From Octopus sinensis (Eukaryota), in the NCBI RefSeq assembly GCF_006345805.1, contig NC_043007.1, positions 34,596,001 to 34,660,000 of the forward strand: a stretch of DNA of 64,000 bases. The letters run 5' to 3'. The position numbers were made by a program, and so were the translations under genes. The notes beneath the pieces are model-generated. The model worked only from the letters and a program-made list of their open reading frames with translations. It did not search any database and had not been told where the DNA came from. Shown here piece after piece: positions 52,497 to 64,000 of the stretch. Positions within the stretch are counted from its first letter, which is position 1; every line of letters starts with the position of its first letter.

Positions 52497-52596
52497 NNNN
52501 NNNNNNNNNNNNNNNNNNNNNNNNNNNNNNNNNNNNNNNNNNNNNNNNNNNNNNNNNNNNNNNNNNNNNNNNNNNNNNNNNNNNNNNNNNNNNNNN
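52497..52596. other. Assembly gap (100 N)
   Basis: Run of N interrupting a SINE. Confidence 1.
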
Positions 52597-52662
52597 CGTC
52601 TTGCTTGTTCGATGTTTCCTGCTCCAACTTAATCAATGAATCAAGCCTGTAATATATTCTGA

Positions 52663-53048
52663 GTCGGCGACCAGGCAGAATCGTTAGCACGCCGGGCGAA
52701 ATGCTTAGCGGTATTTCGTCCGCCGTTACGTTGTGAGTTCAAATTCCGCAGAGGTCGACTTGGCCTTTCATCCTTTCGGAGTCGATAAATTAAGTACCAG
52801 TTACGCACTGGGGTCGATGTAATCGATTTAATACCTATGTATGTCCTTGTTTGTCCCCTTTGTGTTTAGCCCCTTGTGGGTAATAAAGAAATAGGTATTT
52901 CGTCTGCTGTTACGTTCTGAGTTCAAATTCCGCCGAGGTCGACTTTGCCGCTCATCCTCTCAGGGTCGATTAAATAAGTACCAGTCAATCACTGTCCTTG
53001 TTTGGCCCCCTATGTTTAGCACCCTGTAGGCAATAAAGAAAGAAATAT
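52663..53048 (+). mobile_element. Dimeric SINE family 1
   Basis: Head, body, tail gccccttgtgggtaataaagaaata, then ggtatttcgtc and a second body and tail. Confidence 0.85.
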
Positions 53049-53974
53049 CTTCTGAATCGGATGAGCGAGTCATGTCTGCCATATAATTTTCTCTCATGAA
53101 CTGGAGCAATGAGTTACGCCTGTCATATCCTTTCTTTATCACATCTTCTGAACTGGAGCGATTAATCATGTCTACTGTATATTTTTCATATTTATCCTTC
53201 TTAACTGAAGCTATCACTCATATCTGTCATTCGCCCTTCTGATCTGGCGTGATCAGTCAATTCAAAAAGCAGTGAAAAAAAAAAAGAAAAAGAAAATAAG
53301 CAAACAAACTTATCACGTAGTACAAGCAATGTTTTTATATGACGCTCGGAGATGGAAGAGAGTTGTTGTTTTACGTTCCAACTATAGCTCTTTGTCATAA
53401 ACAGGAAAAACAGGGAAGTCCAGAGGGAAAGAAGGAAGGAGGAAAAATCGCCAACAATCCACGTGCGTTCACATTTCTGAAGAGACCGGAAGTAGAAGGA
53501 GGAAGACAAAGTGCTTTTCGGGACAGGGGAGTGTGAAGATGGTCGGTATGTGTCCGTGTGTGTGTGGCGGGGAAGGGGTTGCGCGTGTATGTATGGTAGC
53601 GTGCTTGAAACGTAAAACAACAACTCTCTTCCTTCTCCAAGCGTCGTATTAATGCATTGCTCAAGCCACATCCTAACGTTTGTTTGTTTGTTTGTTTTTT
53701 CTTTTTTCTCTGTTCTTTTTTTTATTGACTATTCACTGCACGCTCACACGGACACCCCGGCCTTCAGGCTGTTTTGGAGTACCTGATTCATGGATCTCTC
53801 TCTACCATTGGATTACGTTCTTCATTCACTCGGAGTACGCCATTTCTGCATCTTTAATTATAGTTATATATATAACTTAGATAACTTACGTATGTTTCAA
53901 CCAAAGATTAGTGTAGGCCAAATCTAACTTAATAGCGCCACCTGATAGGATTAGCTAAATCTTTTTTATATCAA

Positions 53975-54292
53975 GTTTTATGATATCATGGTCCATTCAA
54001 GTTGTGAGTTCTTGTTGAGTGAGTTGTATCCAGGTATAGGTGGCTTATCTGGTATTTCTTGAAGAAGTTTGTCCAAATTCCGTTTAAAGGTGATGGGATC
54101 CTTTTCCTCTTTGATCTGTTTCGGGACGTTAAATAGGGCAGGGCGTGTCGAGGAAAAGAAATTGTGTTGCAGTGTATTTATGTGTTGTGATCCTGAATTG
54201 GATCCTAACATTGGATGAATTTTGAAGCTAATGTTGAGGTCGTTTCGGCAATGCTGGTGGTATATTCTCCACATCGTGCAAATTATGTATCG

Positions 54293-54295
<3 letters not shown>
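53975..54295 (-). mobile_element. CR1-group LINE 3' fragment
   Basis: ERYIICTMWRI..LFN.PK.I..FKRNLDKLLQEIPDKP resembles the C-terminus of CR1/L2-group ORF2. Confidence 0.65.
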
Positions 54296-54336
<41 letters not shown>

Positions 54337-54485
54337 AGTAGATAAATGAATTATCTTATTACGGATAATTCGAAAGATAACCGATACCTGGGTGGCAAAC
54401 TCACAACATCATTATCGCTATGGGCTCCTCGTGAGCAGTCATCTAAAAACTTGTTGTGCATTTTGTTGGCGAAAGAAGTTCCTGG

Positions 54486-54571
54486 ATTTTCCTGAAGAGA
54501 AAGCTGCATAATGGACTCCTTATTCATTCGGAATTAGGGATTTTGCAGACTTCGAAACATATGTCGAAAAT
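54486..54571 (+). ncRNA. Type I hammerhead ribozyme with intact core and palindromic stem III
   Basis: attttc-CTGAAGA-g..ctgca..tgcag..c-GAAA-catatg-TC-gaaaat. Stem I 6 bp; cleavage predicted after C54565. Confidence 0.7.
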
Positions 54572-54625
54572 GAAATAAAGGAAGTTTGTTAAATCTTCGT
54601 TCAGCTCCATTCTTCCTATACTTTT

Positions 54626-54700
<75 letters not shown>

Positions 54701-55249
54701 ACCCCCCTCACCTGAAGCGATGTGTTATGCCTGTCGTATCTCTTTTGTACCGATTCGATTTAGGAGGTCGAAACGCGTCTAAAGTTCTCGTCAATCACTG
54801 CTGGAGTGATCTTCGCCTCCGTTCGATATATATATATATATATCGTGTTTTTGAAATAATATGTCGGAGGAGAAATTTTCTCTCACACAAAATCTACACC
54901 ACCATTCCATTCAGTGGTATATTTTCATTAGACATGATACACATAATTATTTCAATTTAATGATGTTTCAGTTTTGTATGCCAATTTATAACAGCCCAGC
55001 AAGCTTTCCGCAACATCATTAAATGTATTATTCACTATTTCCTATATATTGGAGTGACAAATTTCGTTTCGGCCAATGACAAGTCATAACCATGGCACAA
55101 GTATGCCAAAACGTGTCTGGCATTCTCGTGAAACACTTGCTGGTACGTCTAACACGTGTCTTCTTTTTTTTTTTACCCAGCATACCAGTGGAGAGGTTTT
55201 CTCTGAGACAGAAGCCACAGTATCATGCTTCTTAATATATACGTATATA

Positions 55250-55633
55250 TTTCTTTACTGTCCATAAAGGGCTAAACATAGAGGGGACAAATAAGGACAA
55301 AGGGATTAAGTCGATTACATCGACCCCAGTACGAAACTGGTACTTTATTTATCGACCCCGGCGGAATTTGAACTCACAACGTAACGACAGACGAAATACC
55401 TATTTCTTTACTACCCACAAGGGGCTAAACACAAAGAGGACAAACAAGGACAGACAAACGGATTAAGTCGATTATATCGACCCCAGTGCGTAACTGGTAC
55501 TTTATTTATCGACCCCGAAAGGATGAAAGGCAAAGTCGACCTCGGCGGAATTTGAACTCAGAACGTAACGGTAGACGAAATACGGCTACGCATTTCGCCC
55601 GGCGTGCTAACGTTTCTGCCAGCGCGCCGCCTT
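55250..55633 (-). mobile_element. Dimeric SINE family 1
   Basis: Same junction as at 48300 and 52890. Confidence 0.85.
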
Positions 55634-56481
55634 CTCAATATATACGTATATTCGTTAAGTATATTACACATACGACTATATTAATTTAATGTTGTTCTAA
55701 TTGTGTACACCCAGTTTATTACAGCCTGACATGCTTTCCACAATATCATTGAACACATTACTCACTGTTTCCTTATATATCGCAGGGGGACAAGTTTCGT
55801 TTAAGTATATGACAAGCTGGTACACAATATTGCTAAGTTCTCAAGAACGCCAAAACGCGCTTGACGCTCTCATACGTCACTGTTGCCGTTAAAGAATTTG
55901 AACCTGGAGATCTCCATTTCCAGCGACTTCGAGAGCCACCTCCCAGCGGTGTCGGGCGTCAACGAAAAGCCCTCGACTACAACAAGACGACCGAAGTTTT
56001 TTTTTCCAAGGGCTGGGGTCTCCCGCCCCTAAGCCTTAGACAATCACCTAATCACCCTTACCTGTCTTGTAGCTTAACAACAACAACAACAACAACAAGA
56101 GCAACAGCAACCCCTTCATCAAGAAAAACATTAACAACATTATCCCCAACACGACCACTGCTACTACCATCAGCACCACCATAATCAATACCAACACCAG
56201 CACCACTACCATGACCGTCGCTATACCATGTAGCAACACCAACAACAAGGACGACAAACCCTTCTTCAGCAGAAACATCAATACCACCAACATCAACTCC
56301 ACCATTACCGTCAGCACCAATAGCATCATCATCATCACAGCTATTACGTCACTGTTGGGACGGTGTTCTCTTCACTCCGACGGGATTTCCCCCTCAGACA
56401 AAGACCACAGCATCATGACTTCTAACGGTATTTTTTTAACTTTCTTTTTTTCTAGTTTCAGCTCAGAGCCGCGGCCATATG

Positions 56482-56985
56482 TTAGTTAGTTAGTTAGTTA
56501 AGTTTTTGGCTCAAAAGCAAAAAGCAAGGCCATGTAGGGGGTCATGGAGTTAAGTACAGGGTGGTGTTCATGTAAAGAGTTCAGGCCACTTGAGGTCAAG
56601 GGAGACTTTGAACAAAGCGGTCGTCGGCATCTTCACCATCTCGTCTGGCAGCTCATCTCCTTCGATTGAGATGAAATCGTCGCAAGTAGAGCTTTTCGGA
56701 ATGACCCCGCAGCCGACGCTCTGGAGCAGGAGTGAAGAACAGCTCTTTCGAGAGGTTACACTTTCCGCTTATGATGTTGTGAGCGAGAATGAGATCACCA
56801 CGGCGGCGGCGTTTTTCTAGAGAATAAAGGTCGAGCGTCTTCAGCCTTTCTTCATAAGACAAATTCTTGAGACCATGAACCATGCGGGTAGCCAGCTTCT
56901 GGACTCTTTCGAGATGCTGTATGTCTTTGAGGAGATAAGGAGAAGAGGCTTGAATCCCGTACTCCAATATGGGTCTCACATATGA
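56482..56985 (-). mobile_element. CR1 LINE 3' fragment
   Basis: YVRPILEY..LERVQKLATRMV..LSYEERL..L.SLEKRRRRGDLI; (CTAA)n tail. Confidence 0.9.
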
Positions 56986-57429
56986 AGTATGATACACAGA
57001 TAGCTAATTCAATTCACTGCTGTTTCAAGTTCATAGCGCCCTCCCCCAACTTACCACCACAAACGTAGACCTCTTTGTGAAGCAAATTCAAAACAACTGC
57101 GTTTCACAAATAAAACTTAACCCAATTAACCTATTATTTTATCAACAGAAGAGTCCAGAGTAATCCATAGGCAGGAGAGGTGCAGCCGGAGTGTAGAAAG
57201 TCCAAAAGAGAATCCGTAAAGGGTGGAAAGGTAGAAAGTCCAGTGGAAGAGTTCGTGGGTGATGAGAGGAGACAGGATCAACTGGTGCGACCACGTGAGC
57301 GTGTGATATATGGGGAGAATTCACAAAAGAAAACAACAAAAGACGAAGACAGGTGGGGTAGAAAACAAACAGATGTATTAATATAACGCTCGGGAATTGA
57401 AAAAGTCTATAACGTTTCGGTATTTCATC

Positions 57430-57575
57430 TAGCTCAAATTCCACCTAGGTCGACTTTGCCTTTCATCCTTTCAGGATTGATAAATTAAGTACCAGCTGCG
57501 TACTGAGGTTGGTCTAATCGACTGGCCTCCTCTCCAAAAACTTCGGGCCTGGTGCCTAGATTAGAAAAGAAAAGA
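57430..57575 (+). mobile_element. SINE family 1 body with alternative tail
   Basis: gtcgactttgcctttcatcc body followed by ..gggcctggtgcctagattagaaaag. Confidence 0.7.
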
Positions 57576-57844
57576 ATATTGTGAAGTATATTTGCTACTT
57601 AAATGTGGCTAACCATTAAGGGTGGATGCTACTGTAGCTTGTAGCCCCAGGAGGGCATCTTCTCCAGATGGCTATTAATACACTTTCTGTGCCCTATCAG
57701 TATTTGCAAAGGGAAACCATTCTTCCAATCTCCAGCCTGACGTGATACACACGGCCCTGAGTTTCTGGGTATTGACCCGTCATTAGCGTGTGACAATGAC
57801 CGGTTGTCGATGTGAAGTGGTTCCCAATGCAAATATATATATAT

Positions 57845-57910
<66 letters not shown>

Positions 57911-58823
57911 TAATCAAAATACAAACATGATACCAAGGATTCAGCGGTACATATTTTCGGGCTTTATAGACGGATCTATAACAATGCATAATGTATGTCT
58001 GTGGCCTTCTTCAGCCGCGCACAAACAACTTCCACAAGGACATGTATTACATCAAAAATTCTTGGTTGGGGATGCAAATCCTCTCATTCGCGTACGACAT
58101 AATGCGGCAACAGCATAAAAATGAAGCGTCCATCTCGTTCTTCTCTCAATGTATATATATATATATATATCCTTTTTCCAGTGACAAAAAGTCACTGATC
58201 TCGAAAAAAGTGTAAACAAGCAATAACAAATCTCTGAGCGAGGTATAAACAGTAGCTGCACGACATCGTGAAGTATATTTGCACTTAAATGTGGCTAACC
58301 CTTAAGAGTGGATGCTACTGTAGCTTGTAACCCCTGTTTATACCTCGCTCAGAGATTTATCATTGAAAAGAATATTTTTCTTCATTTGTTTTACAAATTT
58401 CTTCGATCGACCAATCTTTCCTTCCATATCCTTCAACATCTACTAGTCACGTCTTTCACGCCACTCCTGAAATGTTCGTGTCTTTATCTGAATCAACTTA
58501 ACAACTCTCCTTTTATATTCGGTCAGTTAGCGATGTGGCTTCCGGTTTAATTTAATTTCCGTCCATTGATTTCTTCAAAATCATTGTTAAACTCTTCAGA
58601 CGTCTCTGCCTTTGTTTTCTTTCTATTCGTCTGTCGCTCCCCCTATCTATATATTTCTTTCTTTCTTTCTTTCTTTCTCTCTCTCTCTTTTCACTTTCTC
58701 GTTCTCTCTTTGTCTCTTCCTCTATCCTCAATGTTTCTTTGCTTCTATTTGGTTTTCTCTCTCTCTCTCTTTCTTTCTTTTCTCTCTCACTCTCACTCTG
58801 TCTTTTCTCACTCTCTATCTCTT

Positions 58824-58872
<49 letters not shown>

Positions 58873-59934
58873 AACATACTTGCTGCCTGTCTGACTACCA
58901 CCTCCACATTGACCTTGATCTAACACCAACAACAATGTCAGCGATAACAACAAAAACAACAAAGTTAAAAGCGAATTCTACTACTACTACTACTACTACT
59001 ACTACTATACTACTACTACTACTACTACTAGCTACAAGAAAAGAAACAACAAAACGGAAACTACGATATCAGCGCTTGATACCAGATCGACAACAACAAC
59101 AACAACAATATCGGTAACACGAACAGTAAATAACTATGGCAACGTCTACAAAACTGTTTGCAACAACACAACAACAACAAAGCAACAACAGTAACAACAA
59201 CCACTACTAGAATTGCAACAATAACAATGCCAAATAGAACAACAATAACAATAGCAATCAGAAGAGCAAAAATAACAATAGGTACTACAGCAACAACAAC
59301 AACAACAACAAAACAACAACAATCAATCAAAACAGAAGCAAGAGCGACTACAGCAGCAGCAGCAGCAGCAGCGCAGCAATAATCACGGCTACAAAGGTGA
59401 TAAGATCAACAACGAACACAACAGTAGCAATGCTGACGACAACAACGACGTTAATAAGAGCGAGAGCAACAGAGAGAAAGTGAAAGTAGAAAAATAAAAA
59501 TGGCGTCAACAACAAAGACAGGAACAGTAAAAGCAACAACAACAGTAACAACAACAACAACGAAAGCAACAGCAACAAGTAAATCAACTATGAACTATAT
59601 CCGCAGCCACAACAACAACAACAACAACAACAATAATAAAAGCCGCAGCAAAAACATTGTTCATAATTAAAAGGAAGAATTATAGCAACAACAACAACAA
59701 CAACACCAACAACAATCGCAACAATCAACAAGAACAACAGTATTGCTCTCATTAACTTTGATCATTCAGAAGATAACCCATTGGTGTTAATTAAAACACA
59801 CAACATTAATGTAGACATACACGCACACGCACACACACACACACACATACGCATACACACACACATGCACAAACACATATACACACACACACGCACTCAC
59901 GCATACACAAACAGTACTACTCCTATGCACTAAT

Positions 59935-59971
<37 letters not shown>

Positions 59972-60056
59972 TACAAACTCACACTTAACAAAGAATATTA
60001 AACTTATGTTTGTATACGCAGATATATACATATATATATATGTTTACGTGTGTGAG

Positions 60057-60091
<35 letters not shown>

Positions 60092-60384
60092 GTAAACATA
60101 TACACATTTACAAATATGCATATTAATCACACGCACGCACTTAAATTCACACACTTGCATAAAGAACCACCCTCAGATACAGACTCACATACACACGCAT
60201 ACACACACACACACACACATACACAGAGGCCTTACAGACATAATGCAAAGACGCATTCGGTGCCCACTTATACACACACATACACACACGCACACACACA
60301 CACATACACACGTATGCAGAACTTTAAGCGTACTCGATGGCTGCGATGCCATCGCCAGGTTATTGTTCTTTTAAACAAAAGGGT

Positions 60385-60720
60385 GAAGGCGCATGGCTCA
60401 GTGATTTGAGCGTCGGGCTCAGACTCATGTGATAGTGTGTCTGAATCCTGAACTGGACTGTGTGTTATGTTCTTGAGCAAGACACTTTATTTCACGTTGC
60501 TCCAGTTCACTCAGCTGTAGAAATGAGTTGCGACATCACAGGTGCCGAGTTGTACTGGCCTTTGCCTTTCCCTTGGATAACACTGGTGGTGTGGAGAGGG
60601 GAGGCCGGTATGCATGGGCGATTGCTGGTCTTCCATAAACGACCTTGCCCGGACTTGTGCTGCGGAGGGGAACTTTCGAGGCGCAATCCCATGGTCATTC
60701 ATGACCGAAGTGGTCTTTAC
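60385..60720 (+). mobile_element. SINE family 3
   Basis: Homologous to 25446-25772. Confidence 0.8.
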
Positions 60721-61200
60721 CTTTTACAAATACGAGCAACACAGATGTGGATTTTCAGTCCATATAGAAATCTATACTCGATTGTTCTATGATGGGAACC
60801 TCTTGCAACAGGTGGGCAGAAAGCTTACCACCCACGTTGACATCTACCTTCGTTCCCACAGTGTTTTTGTCTTTCTCGGCCAGCAATGGTAAGTAACACA
60901 ATAGAAATGCTAAAATGTAAGCATTGCTTGAGTCTGAAGGATTTGTACAGTGAAAAAAAAGACTTTGTACAGGGCTGGTTCCACTCTCTAAATAACGTAT
61001 GCAGTTGTTCAAGAAGAACTAGTGACATCATTGGATGCAGACGAAACTTATTCTTTAAAACCTGGTACTTACTCTGTCGGTCTCTTTCACCGAACTGCTA
61101 AGTTACAGGGATGTAATTAAACCAGCACACCGGTTGTCATGGGGTGGCCTTGATGGTGACCTTAGGTGCAAATACAAGCACAAAGATTCACACACACACA

Positions 61201-63791
61201 TCTCGCTTGTATAAAATAGACCTGTGTGTGTATGTTTGATTTTCACGTGAAAACGGCGGCGCGTCAATATTCTGAGCTCGGATACATAATAGGGTCTTCA
61301 GTTTATATTTTTTATTAAAAATAAATAATATTGCTTTATATATATGATTCACTTCTTTAAAAAGGTTTCTCAATGTCAACTTCCGATATTGACGTAGCAA
61401 CGGCGAAGTTTTCCGTTTCCATTTGCGAAACCTCTCACTCTCCATTTTAATGCTTTCATTTTAAGTTTTCATTCGCTGTTTGCAAACAACTACGATAAAT
61501 TACCGAAAAATATATTTTCAAAGTTCAAAAATTACGCTTGAACCCAAATACTTCGTTAATTTCCGTAAAAAGCTTTTATTTATTTACTTTTTGCGCGCCG
61601 CGTTCAGCTCTATGTATTTGTAGTCAGTCACATACGCACACGTGTGTTTCTGCATGTATGTTTGTATACATATATGTAAGCTGTATTTGTGAATGAACAT
61701 GAACCTAAACTTCTTCCAGAACAACGGTGATAAAATTATTTTGGAAAAAAGCGGAGGAATATTCTTTCTTGATGCTCCTGGTGGTACTGGTAAAACATTT
61801 GTCACAACATTGCTTCTCTCCAAGGTAAGGCAACAAAAAAGAATTGCAGTTGCTATAGCCTCGTCTGGCATTGCTGCCACCATTTTCCCAGGAGGACGAA
61901 CAATTCATTCTGCTTTTGAATTACCACTAAACCTGGTCACAAATGACAGTCCAATTTGTAACGTAAACAAAGGTTCAGCAGAAGTGTTGCGCCAATGCCG
62001 CCTGATCATTTGGGATGAATGCACCACGTGACATAGAGATGAAATGGAAGCTCTTGGTAAGACCTTACGGGATATAAGAGGCAACAATAAATCTATGGTA
62101 AAAGTTACATTGGTTTCATCAGGAGACTTCAGACAGACATTACCAGTGGCTGTGTGGTAAATAGCTTGGATACCCACCACATGGTTTGGGTTCATTCCCA
62201 CTGCATGGCACCTTGGGCAAATGTCTTCTACTATAGTCTCGGGCCGACCAAAGCCTTGTGAGTGGATTTGGTAGATAGAAACTGAAAGAAGCTGTCATAT
62301 AGTGTATATATATAATATATATATATTATATATATATATATATAATATATATATTTGTGTGTGTGTGTGTGTGTGTGTATGTTTGTTGGTGTGTGTGTGT
62401 GTGTGTGTGGTGTGTGTTGTGTGTGTGGTGTGTGTGTGTGTTGTGTGTTGGTCTGTTGTTTGTCCCCCCAACATCGCTTGACAACCGATGCTGGTGTATT
62501 TTCGTCCCTGTAACTTAGCGGTTCGGCAAAAGGGACAGATAGAATAAGTACTAGGCTTACAAAGAATAAGTCCTGAGGTCGATTTGCTTGACTAAAAGGC
62601 GGTGCTTCAGCATGGCCGCAGTCAAATAATTGAAACAAGTAAAAGAGTAAAAGAGTAAAAGAGTAAGAGAGTCATTCCGAGACGAACAAGATCTGATGAA
62701 ATAAAAGCATGCTTTAAGTCTTCAAATCTATAGAATAAAGTACAGAAATGTTCCTTCAATACAATACTAACGTTAGAGCTTTATTACATGGAGACCAATG
62801 TGCAGAACAGTTTTCAAAATGGCTCCTCCAATCAGGAAATGGGAAAGTGCCATTTGATGGGAATGGTGATATCAATTTGGCTCATATTGCAATTATGGTG
62901 AATTCCCCAGCTGAATTGAAGCACAGTGTATTTCCAGACTTAAGTAATAATCATGGTTCACATAAATGGTTATGTGAAAAAGCAATTCTTGCTCAAAAGA
63001 AAATGAGACAGTAGCAAGGATTAACCATGAATTAATGAATAAGATTCCAACAGTCATTAAGGAGTACAAATCAGTTGATTCAGTCCTTGATGAAAATCAA
63101 GCCGTCCATTACACAACAGAGTTCCTTAATTCTCTTGAGCCAACTGAAGGTAGGAGTCCTAATAATGCTTCTAAGAAATTTAGATCTTCCTAAATTATGC
63201 AATGGGACAAGGTTGATTGTGAAGACATTATCACTTAATGTGATACAAGCTACCATCATCACTGGATGTGCCTCTGGGGAAGAGGTTTCCATTCCAAGAA
63301 TTCTAATCAAGCCAACAGACATGCCATTTGAGTTCAAACGAACACAATTCCCAGTGCGATTTTGCTCCGCAATGTCTATTAATAAAGCTTTGAAATCTAC
63401 TGGCTTTCATTGAACTGAGCCTCGCTTTTCTCATGGTCAACTTTCTGTTGGTTGCTCCGGGGTTGGTAGTTTTGCAAGACTTATTTCTCTATGTTCCAAA
63501 TCAGAAAACAAAGAATGTTGTTTACCCAGAAGCTCTTATGTAATTTTCTTCAATATATGTGATAGAATTCATCTCCCTTCATAAAAGTGGTAAACTTTTA
63601 TTTTCGTTTATTTGTAAAATTATTTTATTTTTCATTTTTTTTATACTTGTATTATGAATTCAGAATTGATTTCCGAATTGAAGTATAAATTGAGTTTAGA
63701 ATAACAAATGTCTATACAACTTATTTTGCTTTCTTCTTGCAAAATATAAGGAATAATTTCAGCCCGAGCAACACGCTGTATGCCTCTGCTA

Positions 63792-63792
<1 letters not shown>
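61201..63792 (+). mobile_element. Internally deleted Helitron with decayed Pif1-family helicase, interrupted by a SINE (62145-62672)
   Basis: LDAPGGTGKT, ASSGIAAT, GRTIHS, IIWDE, GDFRQTLP, MLLRNL..LCNGTRL, QFPV..AMSINKA, FSHGQL, NVVY.EAL. A|TC start and CTAG|T end. Confidence 0.88.
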
Positions 63793-63865
<73 letters not shown>

Positions 63866-63916
63866 TATATATATAGATATATACATATATATTATATATA
63901 TATATATGATATATAC

Positions 63917-63963
<47 letters not shown>

Positions 63964-64000
63964 TATATACATATATATATATATTATATATATAATAGAT

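Noticed and set aside
61693-63540. Host PIF1 gene
   Set aside because: Intronless, multiply disrupted and bounded by Helitron termini.

Overview
Eukaryotic, repeat-saturated animal DNA. The SINE repertoire and microsatellite load look cephalopod (Octopus-like); this is an inference, not a database result. Bases 1-20190 are a head-to-tail, same-strand stack of six Tx1/L1-clade non-LTR retroelements: a 3' remnant, two ORF1-only elements (family A), one two-ORF element (family B) and two two-ORF elements (family C). The stack sits in a decayed mariner transposase. Main observation: these LINEs, the ORF1-only elements and the most abundant tRNA-derived SINE in the window all end in the same 3' module (pyrimidine tract, 4-bp stem with 5-nt loop, AATAAAGAAA). 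The stem shows compensatory changes, and the module also appears to be an insertion target. All five elements with an ORF1 carry a 5' splice-site consensus just after ORF1, four of them next to a conserved hairpin. The rest of the window holds two tandem Merlin transposases, Merlin- and piggyBac-type MITEs, one 306-aa orphan ORF, several SINE families, Dong/R4, CR1, Penelope (with hammerhead ribozyme motifs) and Helitron remnants, long microsatellites and a 100-N gap. Alignments were done by eye, so element boundaries are approximate unless a TSD or TIR is quoted.
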